Shown one piece after another: positions 63,085 through 64,000 of a stretch of 64,000 nucleotides of DNA; position 1 is the first letter of the stretch, and each line of letters begins with the position of its first letter. Under the pieces are notes generated by a model, which worked only from the letters and a program-made list of their open reading frames with translations, ran no database searches and was not told where the DNA came from. Source of the stretch: an uncultured bacterium (GTDB lineage Bacteria; Fidelibacterota; Marinisomatia; Marinisomatales; UBA1611). The DNA lies in NCBI GenBank assembly GCA_943788175.1, contig CALSPG010000005.1, positions 224,001 through 288,000 on the forward strand. Reading direction: 5' to 3'. The position numbers were made by a program, and so were the translations under genes.

Positions 63085-64000
63085 ATGAATATTAAGTCTA
63101 AGCCTCATGAATCCTACGTTTTCCCTAGAACAAAAAAGGAAATTAGAAATAGATCTGTTTTAGCTGCTATGACAAACAAACAAAGTCACCATGATGGTAC
63201 ATTGTCAGATGAAGAAATTAATTGGCTTACAAGACGAGCAAAAGATGGGTTTGGAATTATAACTACTGCGGCTACGCATGTTTCTAAGAACGGCCAAGGA
63301 TGGGAAGGTGAATTTGGAGTTTATGAAGACTCCTTTATTGATAGGTTAAAAGTTTTAACAGATAGTATTCATGAGCATGATTGTTTGGTTTTCGCTCAAC
63401 TATTTCATGGGGGTATGAGAGCACCAGAAAGATTAACAGGTAATATTCCAATTTCAGCCAGTAAAATTCCTTGTAAGGAATCCTCAACAGGTTATACAAA
63501 ATCTGCTAATCAAAAAGATATAGAAAACATTATATTTGATTTTAAATCTGCTGCAGTCAGGTGTGTGGAAGCAGGATTTGATGGAATCGAACTCCATGGA
63601 GCTCATGGGTATTTGATATCTCAGTTTCTTGGTAAAAAAACTAATCACCGAAATGATATTTGGGGAGGAGACATCCATAATAGATCAAAATTTTTAATAA
63701 ATATTATCGATGAAATTAAAAAATCTGTCCCAGACTCTTTCATTGTTGGAGTCAGAATTTCGCCAGAAGTAAAAGATATGGGAATATTTTTAGACGATAG
63801 TCTAGAGCTTGCGAATATGTTAACAAAGAGTGGAATTGATTTTATTCATTTATCTTGTTGGGATTGTTTTAAAATATCTGATGAATATTCAAAAGACAAA
63901 AAAACAATAACTGAATGGTTTACTCAGACCATTCCAAACTTGCCTACTATAATAAGTACAGGAGGAATTTGGTCATCAAAAGATGCAACTGATGTTATGA
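63085..64000 (+). CDS. NADH:flavin oxidoreductase (Old Yellow Enzyme family), truncated by the window end
   Basis: NRSVLAAMT, QLFHGG, AGFDGIELHGAHGYL, R.D.WGG, VRISP. Absent from the ORF track because there is no stop in the window. Confidence 0.9.
   Translation, partial: MNIKSKPHESYVFPRTKKEIRNRSVLAAMTNKQSHHDGTLSDEEINWLTRRAKDGFGIITTAATHVSKNGQGWEGEFGVYEDSFIDRLKVLTDSIHEHDCLVFAQLFHGGMRAPERLTGNIPISASKIPCKESSTGYTKSANQKDIENIIFDFKSAAVRCVEAGFDGIELHGAHGYLISQFLGKKTNHRNDIWGGDIHNRSKFLINIIDEIKKSVPDSFIVGVRISPEVKDMGIFLDDSLELANMLTKSGIDFIHLSCWDCFKISDEYSKDKKTITEWFTQTIPNLPTIISTGGIWSSKDATDVM

Overview
AT-rich bacterial genomic window. The gene content suggests a marine heterotroph such as Marinimicrobia/FCB, but this is inference only. 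(1) 1-13.3 kb: type IV pilus locus on the minus strand. It has nine pilin-like genes in three sigma54-type transcription units built from ~0.65 kb and ~1 kb direct repeats, plus an Mrr-like nuclease, pilC, a sigma54 activator, pilB, pilD and a stand-alone receiver protein. Both receiver domains lack the canonical phospho-Asp and no kinase is present. (2) 13.3-29.4 kb: catabolic run (class III PLP enzyme, GH2, SSS transporter, Cys/Thr proline-racemase-family enzyme, GH109, GHMP kinase, nucleotidyltransferase, OCD/mu-crystallin, C25 peptidase) that may target collagen-like glycopeptides. (3) 29.4-55.3 kb: photo-oxidative-stress region with tocopherol-cyclase family, SOUL, pirin, YceI, lipocalin, a furan-fatty-acid-like methylase/desaturase/DUF1365 module, GPx, two photolyases, an RND pump and an unannotated selenocysteine peroxiredoxin. 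It also encodes a BldC/CarH-like regulator lacking the cobalamin-ligand His, and a 9-bp tandem repeat sits just upstream of three -35 boxes. (4) 55.3-64 kb: TonB-dependent receptor plus lipoprotein, tRNA-Glu, grxD and housekeeping genes. Five +1 frameshifts in four genes look like sequencing errors. All calls come from reading motifs by eye; no searches were run.
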